64,000 nt of DNA from Tenericutes bacterium ADurb.Bin087 (GTDB lineage: Bacteria > Bacillota_I > Bacilli_A > RFN20 > CAG-826), in the NCBI GenBank assembly GCA_002070905.1, contig MWEF01000006.1, positions 1,821 to 65,820 on the forward strand, written 5' to 3'. The notes under the pieces were generated by a model. It had not been told where the DNA came from, searched no databases, and saw only the letters and a program-made list of their open reading frames with translations. Positions within the stretch are counted from its first letter, which is position 1. Each line of letters begins with the position of its first letter. Below are positions 54,631 to 63,598 of the stretch, one piece after another. The translations under genes and the position numbers were made by a program.

Positions 54631-56563
54631 TATTGTGTTCCTCCATTATTTCAATTATTCCTTCGCAGATCAAATTCATCCATGTCGATAATGTTTTAGT
54701 GTCCATATGCGTCCACATTTCCCACCCATCAGGATATTCAAGCATTCTATTATAAACAAAGTCATATGTATCAATATAATGGACGTAATCTAACTCACTA
54801 GCGTATTTTTTCGCCCATTCATTAATTCTTTCAACCGTTTGATACATTTCCGTGCGACCGGGAAGCGGGGAGGAATTAACAATTGCAATCACACAATCAG
54901 GCAATTGTTCATGAACTTTTTTTACATATTTATCGGTCAAAGCGGCAATATCTTTTTCCGACATGCTCCAATAAGCTTGGTCATTACTTGTTAAATTAAA
55001 GCATAAAATCTTCGGAGCATAACCAATCACTAATTGATCTGCGTAATGATAGTAGTTGTATGTAGATCCACCAGCGACTGCATTATTAATTAATGGTAGT
55101 CCCCGTGCCGCAAAATCACTTTCAGCAGTGTAAGCTAACGAGAAGTTTGAATTGCCATTAAAGACAATTTTTCCGTGCGGGGCATTATATGTTCCGTCTG
55201 TCATTGCTAGTAAATTAATCGCATGAAAATATTTTGTATTGTCATAAGAAGATATTAAATATTTAGCGTAATAATCTTTGTCTGTTTGATGGTTAACTTT
55301 TGTGGGATCAACTGGATTATATTTAGTGTTTGAATCACTCCATGCCACAAAATTATGCTTATAACCGTCCGTGTCGATTGCATAATCGACGACTGGTTCA
55401 TCTTCCGCTAATAAAACTTTACCCTTCACTACTTTTCGTGTGATAACTTCTTCACCATTTAATCCTAAATGTAAATTAACATTACACACATTAAGCTCAT
55501 CCACTAGTGTAGCAGTTGCAATAATTTCTGGGTCAGTTATCTCAATTACATGATCGCATTTAGCGCAAATGCCAACACATTCATTGCTACTATTTTTGTA
55601 ATAAACATAAGTATGATGTTTGTTAGTAATATTGGTAAAATACGTTTGACCACAAGCACAGCGATACACATCCGCCCCATCTTGTGTACAACTTGCGGGT
55701 ATTGTATGTAACAATGCAAAATTATGATTACATGTCGCGCCTTTTTTAGCAAAAATCAGACTATCAAAATAAACTTTTGATTGACTATCATCTTCTTTAA
55801 ACCCCCTTGTTATAACGTGTGAGTAATTAAGATATTCGTAGTCATTAGTGACGAAAGCATCTTCCGTCATCATATAATTTGTTTCTGGACGCCCATTCCA
55901 ACCAAACGAAGTAAATGGCATATATAACCAACCTCTAAAATGTTCTTTAACTTGGACAGTTTTATTCATAATCACTGTGTTTTTAAATGATGATGACATA
56001 TAGTCATAATAGTAAGCTGTTCTACCATCCACTAGATAATAATGCGAAAAGTGCCCGCCTCTCTCGCCTTCATTCCACAAATAGGTTGTTACTGGTGGTT
56101 CGGTAGGTGAGTTCATTAAAACAAGGCCAATACCTAAACCAATTGTCTTTACATTACTGCGGGCGTCAGGTTCAGAAGCATCAAAATACATTAAGAGACC
56201 ATCAGCATCGCTAATCGCAATATTTTCTAATTTTGTTTGCAGTCTTAAAAGCGGACTCGTTCCACCACCTGGTAAACCAATATGATAACGCGTACCAAAT
56301 TCATCACTAACATAGCCATAACTTTTAGTAATTGATTGGGTAGTGTAGTCACTAATATCAATGTAACCAACATCAGTACCATTAAATTCAAAGGTGGCAA
56401 CAGTCGTATACTTATAGTCACCTGGTAAAGAACTAGGGGCAGTATAATAGTGCGTGTCTAAATAAAGTTGAGCAGCGTTAACTTTATCTTTAAATGGTTT
56501 GACGCTAATCGTGCCTATTATTAAGAAAAATAAAGCACTCAAAAGTATTCGCTTCTTTTTCAT
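54620..56563 (-). CDS. exported protein: beta-sandwich domain, Cys/His-rich module, Flg_new repeat, SGNH-like domain
   Basis: Signal peptide present. The Cys-rich CNHNFALLHTIPASCTQDGADVYRCACGQTY...ECVGICAKCDH is followed by Flg_new-like ..HNFVAWSDS..DYYAKY. C-terminal blocks are VFNGNSNF, AVAGGST, LTSNDQ and WTHM. The start overlaps the upstream stop (TAATG). Confidence 0.7.
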   Translation of the reverse strand: MKKKRILLSALFFLIIGTISVKPFKDKVNAAQLYLDTHYYTAPSSLPGDYKYTTVATFEFNGTDVGYIDISDYTTQSITKSYGYVSDEFGTRYHIGLPGGGTSPLLRLQTKLENIAISDADGLLMYFDASEPDARSNVKTIGLGIGLVLMNSPTEPPVTTYLWNEGERGGHFSHYYLVDGRTAYYYDYMSSSFKNTVIMNKTVQVKEHFRGWLYMPFTSFGWNGRPETNYMMTEDAFVTNDYEYLNYSHVITRGFKEDDSQSKVYFDSLIFAKKGATCNHNFALLHTIPASCTQDGADVYRCACGQTYFTNITNKHHTYVYYKNSSNECVGICAKCDHVIEITDPEIIATATLVDELNVCNVNLHLGLNGEEVITRKVVKGKVLLAEDEPVVDYAIDTDGYKHNFVAWSDSNTKYNPVDPTKVNHQTDKDYYAKYLISSYDNTKYFHAINLLAMTDGTYNAPHGKIVFNGNSNFSLAYTAESDFAARGLPLINNAVAGGSTYNYYHYADQLVIGYAPKILCFNLTSNDQAYWSMSEKDIAALTDKYVKKVHEQLPDCVIAIVNSSPLPGRTEMYQTVERINEWAKKYASELDYVHYIDTYDFVYNRMLEYPDGWEMWTHMDTKTLSTWMNLICEGIIEIMEEHNIVF

Positions 56564-59500
56564 TAGTCTGCTCCCTCCTCAAGTTCTGTTTTAATTCTAA
56601 CAAGCACACCAGTAAAGGTGTCTGTTTTATCAAACACATAATTTGTATTCATGAATTCGGTGTCGTTTGTCCCAGTCAGATTACTCTCTAAATAAAGGAT
56701 TCTCGCTAATGGATTTTCGCTTTCAAAACAATTTAGTGCACTATAAATGGTAATTATTCGCACTAATTCAAGGGCATTATCTGAAATGTAATATATATTA
56801 CAATTTGTCGTTGTCCCCGAATTACTTGTCCCATAAATTGCGCGTGGATTCGTATTTCCATTAATTACACCTGCATTCGTACAGTTTGTAATCGTAGTGT
56901 AATTACCGCGCCCAAGAATTCCGCCGGCATCACTATGTTCAACACTAATTGTGCCAGTTGAAACACAATTATCAATGATTTTAGCGCTATTAGATTCACT
57001 ATAGCCAACAATCCCGCCAGCCATGTAATAAGCTGACACGTTACCCGCATTAAAACAGTTAGTAATTGTAGTAGCGTAAATTGAACCAACAATCCCGCCC
57101 ACGCCACGCCAAAGTTTTGACTCTTTACCGCTATTGCCACTTACCTCACCATAATTCGCGCAGTTAGTGAGATTAGTTCCAGTGCCAATTCTACCAACAA
57201 TGCCACCAATATGACCAGAGTAGGTAGCTAATTCGCCTGCTTGCGTTGGTGCGTGGCCTTCAACTTTTCCAAAGTTATAACAATTTTCGATGCCGGTAAT
57301 AGTTGCGCCTTCACGATAAAAACCAACAATCCCGCCTAGACCAGAAACACCACTTATCGTCCCGCGATTAACACAGTTAAGAATTGATGTTCCCGCGATT
57401 GCATAACCAAACCCAACAATCCCGCCGACACATTGTCCACTTGATGTAAACGCTGATGCATATGTTGAAGTTATTAGGCCATTATTATGACAATTAATAA
57501 TTTTCCCAACCTTATTAATAACATTATCACCATTAATTGCGGTAATGCCACCGATGTAAATACCATCACCGATTACTTCAGCTTCATTAACACAATTTTC
57601 AATCGTACCAAAATTATAAACACAGATTCCACCGACCCGATGATAACCTTGAATAATACCTTTTAATGTTAAGTTTTTAATAATTCCTTCATTTGTGCCA
57701 AATAAGGCAATATTTATACTACTGTTTTTAGCCGCATTAATAATGGTGATTGAATGATTATTACCATCAAACACACCTTTAAATGGCCGTGCTTTTGTAT
57801 TTTCGGTATTGCCAATATTGATTGAACTTGAAACACTAATATCATTTTCTAAACGATAGTAAACGTTTGCTTGTGTGTAATTATCATCATTACTTTCACA
57901 TCTTGCTTTCAAAAGTTCAAAATCTTGTGTCGTTTTAATAATAAATGGATCATCTTCAAAGCCTGTACCACCACTAAAATAGCTCGAAAATGCTTGAATT
58001 GTAGAAGTTTTTACCAAATCTGGAATATCAAATTCTTGGGTTGGATTATTCGGATCATAGTAATTAATATTACGAATTAATCCCGCTCCGTTAGTCGAGG
58101 CTACTAAATAACTATATGCTGATGTCGCATTAATAACGTCAAGTGCTCCATAATTTTCATTAAAGGCATAAGTACCATTATTAGCGCGACCAATAATCCC
58201 ACCAGCGTGCGGTTCAGTACTTTCGCTATAAATTAATGCACCAGGCATATTAATCGAGTATTTAACAATAGTAGCATCACTCCCACTTACGTATCCTGCA
58301 ATACCACCAACTTGTTGATTACCAATTACTTTACCGTGATTGCGCGAATATGAAATTTTAGAAGCGCTATAGATTGAACCAGCAACACCACCTATTCCGC
58401 CCCAGCGCGAAGGATTATCTCTTGTACCATGTCCCTTAACCTCACCATAATTCTCGCAGTAATTAACTTCATTAGTGCTGCCTAACATCCCAACGACACC
58501 GCCAATATGGACTGCTTCTAAGTCATTAGTGTCAAAACAAGAAACATCAGCGTAATTAATACAATTTTCAATATTTAAATACCCTTTGTTTGACCAACCA
58601 ACAACGCCGCCAACACCGTAATATCCTTTGACATTCGCGCCTACTTTGTTTGTGCAGTTAATAACATTTCCGCTACTTTGATAACCAACAACGCCGCCTG
58701 CATAATATGCACTTTCGCCAGTCGTTACAACGCCTTCATTATGACAATTAATCACATCAAAATAGGTTGTGGAAGTAACGCCACCCGCGTACCTATCTTC
58801 AGCGTGCACCGCTCCATAATTAATACAATTTTCGAGTTTTGCAACTGAACTAGCGTTATCTGATACTGCTCTAGTACCATTTAGCCCGCTAATTCCGCCA
58901 ACACAAACATTACCAGTTATATCCCCTTCATTAATTGAGTCATATACTGGTAATACATTTGAACCAAAAATACCACCAACAGAGTGATTCCCTGTAACAT
59001 TTCCAAAGTTTTTATTGCCACGATTCGCGTATAAATCAAGGTCTTCATCTTTATACATACCATACTTATAAATCGTATAACCTAAGCCACATATACCACC
59101 AATGTACTGCGTTTTTGGACCTGACACAATAACATCGCCATAGTTTTCGTTATTTGTTAAAACACCAAGACTTTCACCACATATCCCGCCAAAATACATC
59201 GCATTTTCATTAAGTGCATTTGTATCATTACCCGTAATAGTTCCGTAATTTTTACAACCTTTAATTTCTGATTGCTGACGCTTAACAATCATTTCGTCAC
59301 TACGCGCAATGCCACCATTAATGCCCCCAACATAAGCATCACCATGAACATTAGCTTTATTAATACAATTTTCGATAAGTGCGTTATTATAAATACCGCC
59401 ACACACACCCGCGGCAAATGAGTGGGAATAGGCGTGACCTTCAGGAATACTGACGCGGACACTACCTTCAACCGTGACATTTTTAATCACACCACTTGCA

Positions 59501-60132
59501 AAGCCAAATAGTCCTTGCCATGAATCAGTGGTATCAATAAATAAATCAGAAACTGTCTTATCATTCCCGTCATAAATCCCTTCAAAAGGCACGCCAAAAG
59601 TGCCAATTGGTGTCCAATATGGAAATTCTGCAAGGGATATATCATTAATTTGTTTAAAATACTTACTAGTAAAATCTTTATAATCTAAAACGGCCACACT
59701 TAATTTCTTTAAATCAGTCGCCGTTTCAATTAAATAGGGACTACTTTCACTACCATTACCCTTTAAATCAAATTCATAAGTTATGATGACTTCATTTGGA
59801 TCTAAAATGACTAATCTAGTGGAAATAGTTTTATCGTGAGCGGAAGCAACAATATTAGTTGTTCCGACCGCTAAAGTTGTTAAAGTACTACCACTAATAG
59901 TAGCAATTGCATTATTTTCACTACTATAATTTATTTCCGCATATTCATACGATGTTGTCACAATATTATTTAAATCAAAAGTACTATTTATATTTAATTT
60001 AATCTCATCCTGGACAAACTTTAAAACATGACTCGGCCCTATAATGCTGCTTTCTTCACTTGATGAAGATGAACATGAAGAAAGAAACAGTGAAACCATT
60101 GTTAATACTATTAGTAGTGGCCTTTTTTTCAT
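56563..60132 (-). CDS. large surface lipoprotein with a Big_2 domain and two GLUG-repeat (beta-helix) lobes
   Basis: Lipobox FLSSC. Big_2-like segment (..AIATISGSTLTTLAVGTTNIVAS..). Roughly 20 repeats of the (V/I/A)GG(I/V)xG type. Each lobe opens with a GSESSPYLIETATDLKKL or GFEDDPFIIKTTQDFELL motif. Start taken as the ATG at 60132 (MKKRPLL). Confidence 0.75.
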   Translation of the reverse strand: MKKRPLLIVLTMVSLFLSSCSSSSSEESSIIGPSHVLKFVQDEIKLNINSTFDLNNIVTTSYEYAEINYSSENNAIATISGSTLTTLAVGTTNIVASAHDKTISTRLVILDPNEVIITYEFDLKGNGSESSPYLIETATDLKKLSVAVLDYKDFTSKYFKQINDISLAEFPYWTPIGTFGVPFEGIYDGNDKTVSDLFIDTTDSWQGLFGFASGVIKNVTVEGSVRVSIPEGHAYSHSFAAGVCGGIYNNALIENCINKANVHGDAYVGGINGGIARSDEMIVKRQQSEIKGCKNYGTITGNDTNALNENAMYFGGICGESLGVLTNNENYGDVIVSGPKTQYIGGICGLGYTIYKYGMYKDEDLDLYANRGNKNFGNVTGNHSVGGIFGSNVLPVYDSINEGDITGNVCVGGISGLNGTRAVSDNASSVAKLENCINYGAVHAEDRYAGGVTSTTYFDVINCHNEGVVTTGESAYYAGGVVGYQSSGNVINCTNKVGANVKGYYGVGGVVGWSNKGYLNIENCINYADVSCFDTNDLEAVHIGGVVGMLGSTNEVNYCENYGEVKGHGTRDNPSRWGGIGGVAGSIYSASKISYSRNHGKVIGNQQVGGIAGYVSGSDATIVKYSINMPGALIYSESTEPHAGGIIGRANNGTYAFNENYGALDVINATSAYSYLVASTNGAGLIRNINYYDPNNPTQEFDIPDLVKTSTIQAFSSYFSGGTGFEDDPFIIKTTQDFELLKARCESNDDNYTQANVYYRLENDISVSSSINIGNTENTKARPFKGVFDGNNHSITIINAAKNSSINIALFGTNEGIIKNLTLKGIIQGYHRVGGICVYNFGTIENCVNEAEVIGDGIYIGGITAINGDNVINKVGKIINCHNNGLITSTYASAFTSSGQCVGGIVGFGYAIAGTSILNCVNRGTISGVSGLGGIVGFYREGATITGIENCYNFGKVEGHAPTQAGELATYSGHIGGIVGRIGTGTNLTNCANYGEVSGNSGKESKLWRGVGGIVGSIYATTITNCFNAGNVSAYYMAGGIVGYSESNSAKIIDNCVSTGTISVEHSDAGGILGRGNYTTITNCTNAGVINGNTNPRAIYGTSNSGTTTNCNIYYISDNALELVRIITIYSALNCFESENPLARILYLESNLTGTNDTEFMNTNYVFDKTDTFTGVLVRIKTELEEGAD

Positions 60133-60230
60133 AGTTCTCACTTCCTTTTTATATAGCACTATCACGGAAAGAGTTGCCGAGCACTTAGCAACTCTCCCCG
60201 TGATTAAGATAGTGTCACATTAATAATTTA

Positions 60231-62201
60231 TTAGATTGTTCTTTTTCTTCTTGAAACGAAGACAAAGCCTAAGGCTGCAAGTGCAGCAAAACCTAACATC
60301 ATAAAGATATTTGCTTGATTGCTAAATAAGGATCTTTGTAATCCTGCACCACCGCCACCACCACTGGTGTAGGCTAAAATGTAGTCCGCAGCATCAACAT
60401 AGGTTCCAGTTACTCCGGCATATCTACCATAATACGTGAGTTGATTTAATAGCGCTAAATCATCCGCAGAAAGACTAGCGCGTAATGCCGCTAATTCGGT
60501 TCGATAAGAGTATGACGTACATTCAAATTCACGAACATACATAATAAAGTTTTTAACATCAGCACTCGCTGAAACAGCAAGTCTTGTATGTAAACCAGTC
60601 GTTCCAACGTCTTCTTTAGGTGTACATAAGGCAATTGAATAATTATTTAGTGGATTAATTACATCATAACTGCGTACGCCAGCAAGAGAACCAATATATA
60701 CTGCAGCTGAGCCCGTGTAAGCAGAAATTAAATCACCCGCTGATAAGAAACCTTGAATTTCTGTTTGCCCATCATAAGTTATGGTTGCAGTGGCTTGTTT
60801 ATGTAGCCCAACAGCACCACCTATATAAGCAGCAGTGTCTCCCGTATGTTCAATAGTTCCAGTATTAGCACAATTAATAATCTTTGTTACTCCATGATCT
60901 GAGTGACCATTAATTCCCCCGGCACCATATGCATTTGCGGAATCAAGGACGATTTTGCCATAATTTGAACAATGGATATATTGAGAGCCGTCATAAGAAA
61001 ATCCACCAATTCCACCTATATCACCACGAACACTACCACTTCCAGTAGCGTAAGTTGATTTGATAATTCCAAAATTAGCACAGTTTGTAATCGTAGTTCC
61101 CGTATTACTAATGCCATCACCATTAATTGCTACGATACCACCACCAAACTCTTTATTAACCGTTATATTTCCATGGTTTTTACAATTATCAATTGATGCA
61201 CCATTTCGTGAATAACCAGCAATACCGCCGACATTACCCTTAGCAATGCCCACTACCGATAAAGTAGAATAATTTGTACACTTAGAAATTGAAGCACCGT
61301 TTTCACTATAATAACTAATCCCAGCCATATAACCAATGTTGGTAGGATATGTCGCTAATGCAGATGATTTAGAATTGCTAATTACCGCATTTGCTCCGCT
61401 ATTTAAATGTGCTATTCCGCTTGAATAAACACTTAGTCCAGCTGGATCTACACCAATTGTTCCGTTATGTGTACAATTAGTAATCGTTCCATAATTCTTT
61501 GTAGCGATACCAGCAGCTCCATTAGTTGAGGCAGTAACTGTTGTTGTTCCATTATTTACACAGCCATCAATTAATGCTCCTGCTTTATTGTCATTACAAA
61601 TGCCAGCAGGTATTTTTGCTTTAACTATTCCATTATTTGCACAATTTAGTACTTTACCTTTATTTGCAACATTTTCATAAACAAATCCCGCTGCATAGTC
61701 ACCAGTTGCGGTAACACTAACCGAACTTGTACAATCTTCAATCTTCCCATTATTATATGTACAAAGCACAGCAGAATAATTTGACCCTGTTATCGAACCA
61801 GCAAAATTAGTGTTTTTGAAAACACCATTATCACCAATGTTTCTAAATAGATTCGTACACGTTGAAGTTAAATTAGCGTTTAATGTAATAGTATGACCTT
61901 TACCATCAAATGTACCACAGAAAAAGCTTCCATTTAGTGGCTTTGAAGTAATCGTATAACTTACATCTGCCGCTAGTTCTATTAATTTTCCTTCCCAGCA
62001 TTTAGTGTTATCATGTGTAGATTGAGCGTTTATATCGTCAATAAACGTCGCAAATTCAGCATTTGTAGAAATTACTAAATCTGGTATTGGTGCAGCTGCT
62101 ATGCGCTCCGTTCTCATTTTAGCGGTTGAGACAGCAATGGTAGTCACACATAAGAGTCCAAAACATAAGGCTAAAAATGAGCGTCTGTGATTTTTTTTCA
62201 T
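60231..62201 (-). CDS. GLUG-repeat (beta-helix) surface protein with C-terminal TM anchor
   Basis: Signal peptide present. About 10 xGGIxG-type repeats (VGGIAGYS, GGGIVAIN, IGGIGGFS, AGGINGHS ...). The C-terminus is GGGGAG...IFMMLGFAALAALGFVFVSRRKRTI. Strong RBS AAAGGGAGGG. Confidence 0.75.
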   Translation of the reverse strand: MKKNHRRSFLALCFGLLCVTTIAVSTAKMRTERIAAAPIPDLVISTNAEFATFIDDINAQSTHDNTKCWEGKLIELAADVSYTITSKPLNGSFFCGTFDGKGHTITLNANLTSTCTNLFRNIGDNGVFKNTNFAGSITGSNYSAVLCTYNNGKIEDCTSSVSVTATGDYAAGFVYENVANKGKVLNCANNGIVKAKIPAGICNDNKAGALIDGCVNNGTTTVTASTNGAAGIATKNYGTITNCTHNGTIGVDPAGLSVYSSGIAHLNSGANAVISNSKSSALATYPTNIGYMAGISYYSENGASISKCTNYSTLSVVGIAKGNVGGIAGYSRNGASIDNCKNHGNITVNKEFGGGIVAINGDGISNTGTTITNCANFGIIKSTYATGSGSVRGDIGGIGGFSYDGSQYIHCSNYGKIVLDSANAYGAGGINGHSDHGVTKIINCANTGTIEHTGDTAAYIGGAVGLHKQATATITYDGQTEIQGFLSAGDLISAYTGSAAVYIGSLAGVRSYDVINPLNNYSIALCTPKEDVGTTGLHTRLAVSASADVKNFIMYVREFECTSYSYRTELAALRASLSADDLALLNQLTYYGRYAGVTGTYVDAADYILAYTSGGGGGAGLQRSLFSNQANIFMMLGFAALAALGFVFVSRRKRTI

Positions 62202-62409
62202 ATTTTTCCCTCCCTTTCTTTAAGTAAAAAATATTATGAAACTATGTTGTCTTGCGACAAATAATTCTAAATCCTGTAAGTCTTTTTATTTTTTTCTTCA
62301 TAGATTTCTAACCATTATTATTTTTTATCTTATGCACATATTTATTATATTTTACAAATATATTAATTAGAATGTTTTATATTACAAAAAACATGTATAA
62401 TATTAAAGG

Positions 62410-63276
62410 ATGGAAAAGAAAAAACATAGCTTTAAAGTATTTGGTAACGAAAAGGAATTACTGACATATTTTCCTTATCGTGATGATTGTAATTCACAAT
62501 TAGATGACTACCCTATTCACATTGAAGCAGTGGGAATTACTAAGCCAGATTCCAATTATCGGGTGTTAAGAAATAATTGGAACATTTATACAATTGAATA
62601 TATTATTTCTGGGAATGGTTATCTCGAATATAATGGCAAAAATTACAAACTTTCAAGTGGCGATATGTATATTTTAACGCCTAACTCAATACAAAGATAT
62701 GGTGCAGAAAAAGACAATCCTTATGAAAAAATATGGATCAATTTTCGCAGCAAAAATTTCATCAAAATTTTAGAGTCATTGAAATTAAATAAAAGCCCTG
62801 TCTTCCATTTCCCAGATGCATATGAATACTTAAAGGAAATTTACACCTTAAAAGATACACATCATTTCGTTGAAGATTCGTCGTACATTTGTTATAAATT
62901 ACTATTTAATTTACTTATTGATATTAAAGAAAGCGAAAACAAAAAAGTAAATATTTTTCCGCAATATTTGTCAGATGTCTTAGCTTATATTGACAAAAAG
63001 ACACCAGATCCTGTTTCAATTGAAGAATTAACAAAAATCGCTAACGTATCACAAGTCTGCTTAATAAATAATTTTAAAAAACACATTGGTGAGACCCCAT
63101 ATTCTTATCAACTTAAAACACGATTGAAACTTGCCAAAATGTATTTAACTAATTCAGATAAGACATTAGATGAAATTGCAGAATTATGTTTTTTTTGTGA
63201 TGCTTTCGCACTTTCAAAAGCATTCAAAAAAGTGTATGGTTTGTCTCCGCGTGAATATCGTCAATCGGAAATATAG
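62410..63276 (+). CDS. AraC-family transcriptional regulator
   Basis: 288 aa with an N-terminal cupin-like domain (SGDMYILTPNSIQRY) and a C-terminal double HTH (..ETPYSYQLKTRLKLAKMYL..FALSKAFKKVYGLSPREYR). Confidence 0.85.
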   Translation: MEKKKHSFKVFGNEKELLTYFPYRDDCNSQLDDYPIHIEAVGITKPDSNYRVLRNNWNIYTIEYIISGNGYLEYNGKNYKLSSGDMYILTPNSIQRYGAEKDNPYEKIWINFRSKNFIKILESLKLNKSPVFHFPDAYEYLKEIYTLKDTHHFVEDSSYICYKLLFNLLIDIKESENKKVNIFPQYLSDVLAYIDKKTPDPVSIEELTKIANVSQVCLINNFKKHIGETPYSYQLKTRLKLAKMYLTNSDKTLDEIAELCFFCDAFALSKAFKKVYGLSPREYRQSEI

Positions 63277-63450
63277 TAATAAACTTCTAAGATTACATAA
63301 GCTAAAGGGTTTCGTTTTATAATCTTCTTCTATTAATTGTTTAAAAGTGTTTAAAAAGCATCTTAATTTCTAGATTATGTTTAGGTTTTTTATCTTTTAT
63401 AATTCATGTAATAGCAAAACAAATGCTAAAATTATTGCCAAAGTAGGTAA

Positions 63451-63484
63451 AAACAAAAAAAGGTTTGATATTACTTCAAACCTC
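63451..63484 (-). terminator. intrinsic terminator after tRNA-His
   Basis: AGGTTTGA-tattactt-TCAAACCT hairpin, followed on the minus strand by TTTTTTTGTTTTT. Confidence 0.7.
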
Positions 63485-63495
63485 TTACTAAAAAC

Positions 63496-63572
63496 TGGGG
63501 CGACCGAGGGGACTTGAACCCCCGAATGCCTGGTTCACAGCCAGGTGTGTTAACCGCTTCACCACGGCCGCC
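63496..63572 (-). tRNA. tRNA-His (anticodon GUG) with encoded G-1
   Basis: The reverse complement reads GGCGGCCGTGGTGAAGCGGTTAACACACCTGGCTGTGAACCAGGCATTCGGGGGTTCAAGTCCCCTCGGTCGCCCCA, with anticodon loop CTGTGAA and an extra 5' G. Confidence 0.9.
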
Positions 63573-63598
63573 AGTTAGCAAAGCATATTTTACTTGTA

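Noticed and set aside
54624-54639. Perfect palindrome AACACAATATTGTGTT between a GGAGG and the ATG at 54615. I considered it as a split or structured ribosome-binding site that brings the SD close to the start.
   Set aside because: A simpler reading exists: a TTG at 54630 lies 9 nt behind the same GGAGG and gives a normal lipoprotein signal peptide. The hairpin idea is not needed, although it cannot be excluded.
60170-60195. Hairpin AGAGTTGC-cgagcactta-GCAACTCT between the two GLUG genes, as a terminator.
   Set aside because: On the transcribed (minus) strand it is followed only by TTTCC, so it is more likely an intercistronic stabiliser or attenuator than a full terminator. It is not listed as a feature.
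56563-62201. Periodic GG(I/V)xG-encoding repeats as a possible CRISPR or tandem DNA repeat array.
   Set aside because: The periodicity is at protein level, inside long intact ORFs. The nucleotide units are not identical and there are no spacers. No CRISPR array is visible anywhere in the window.
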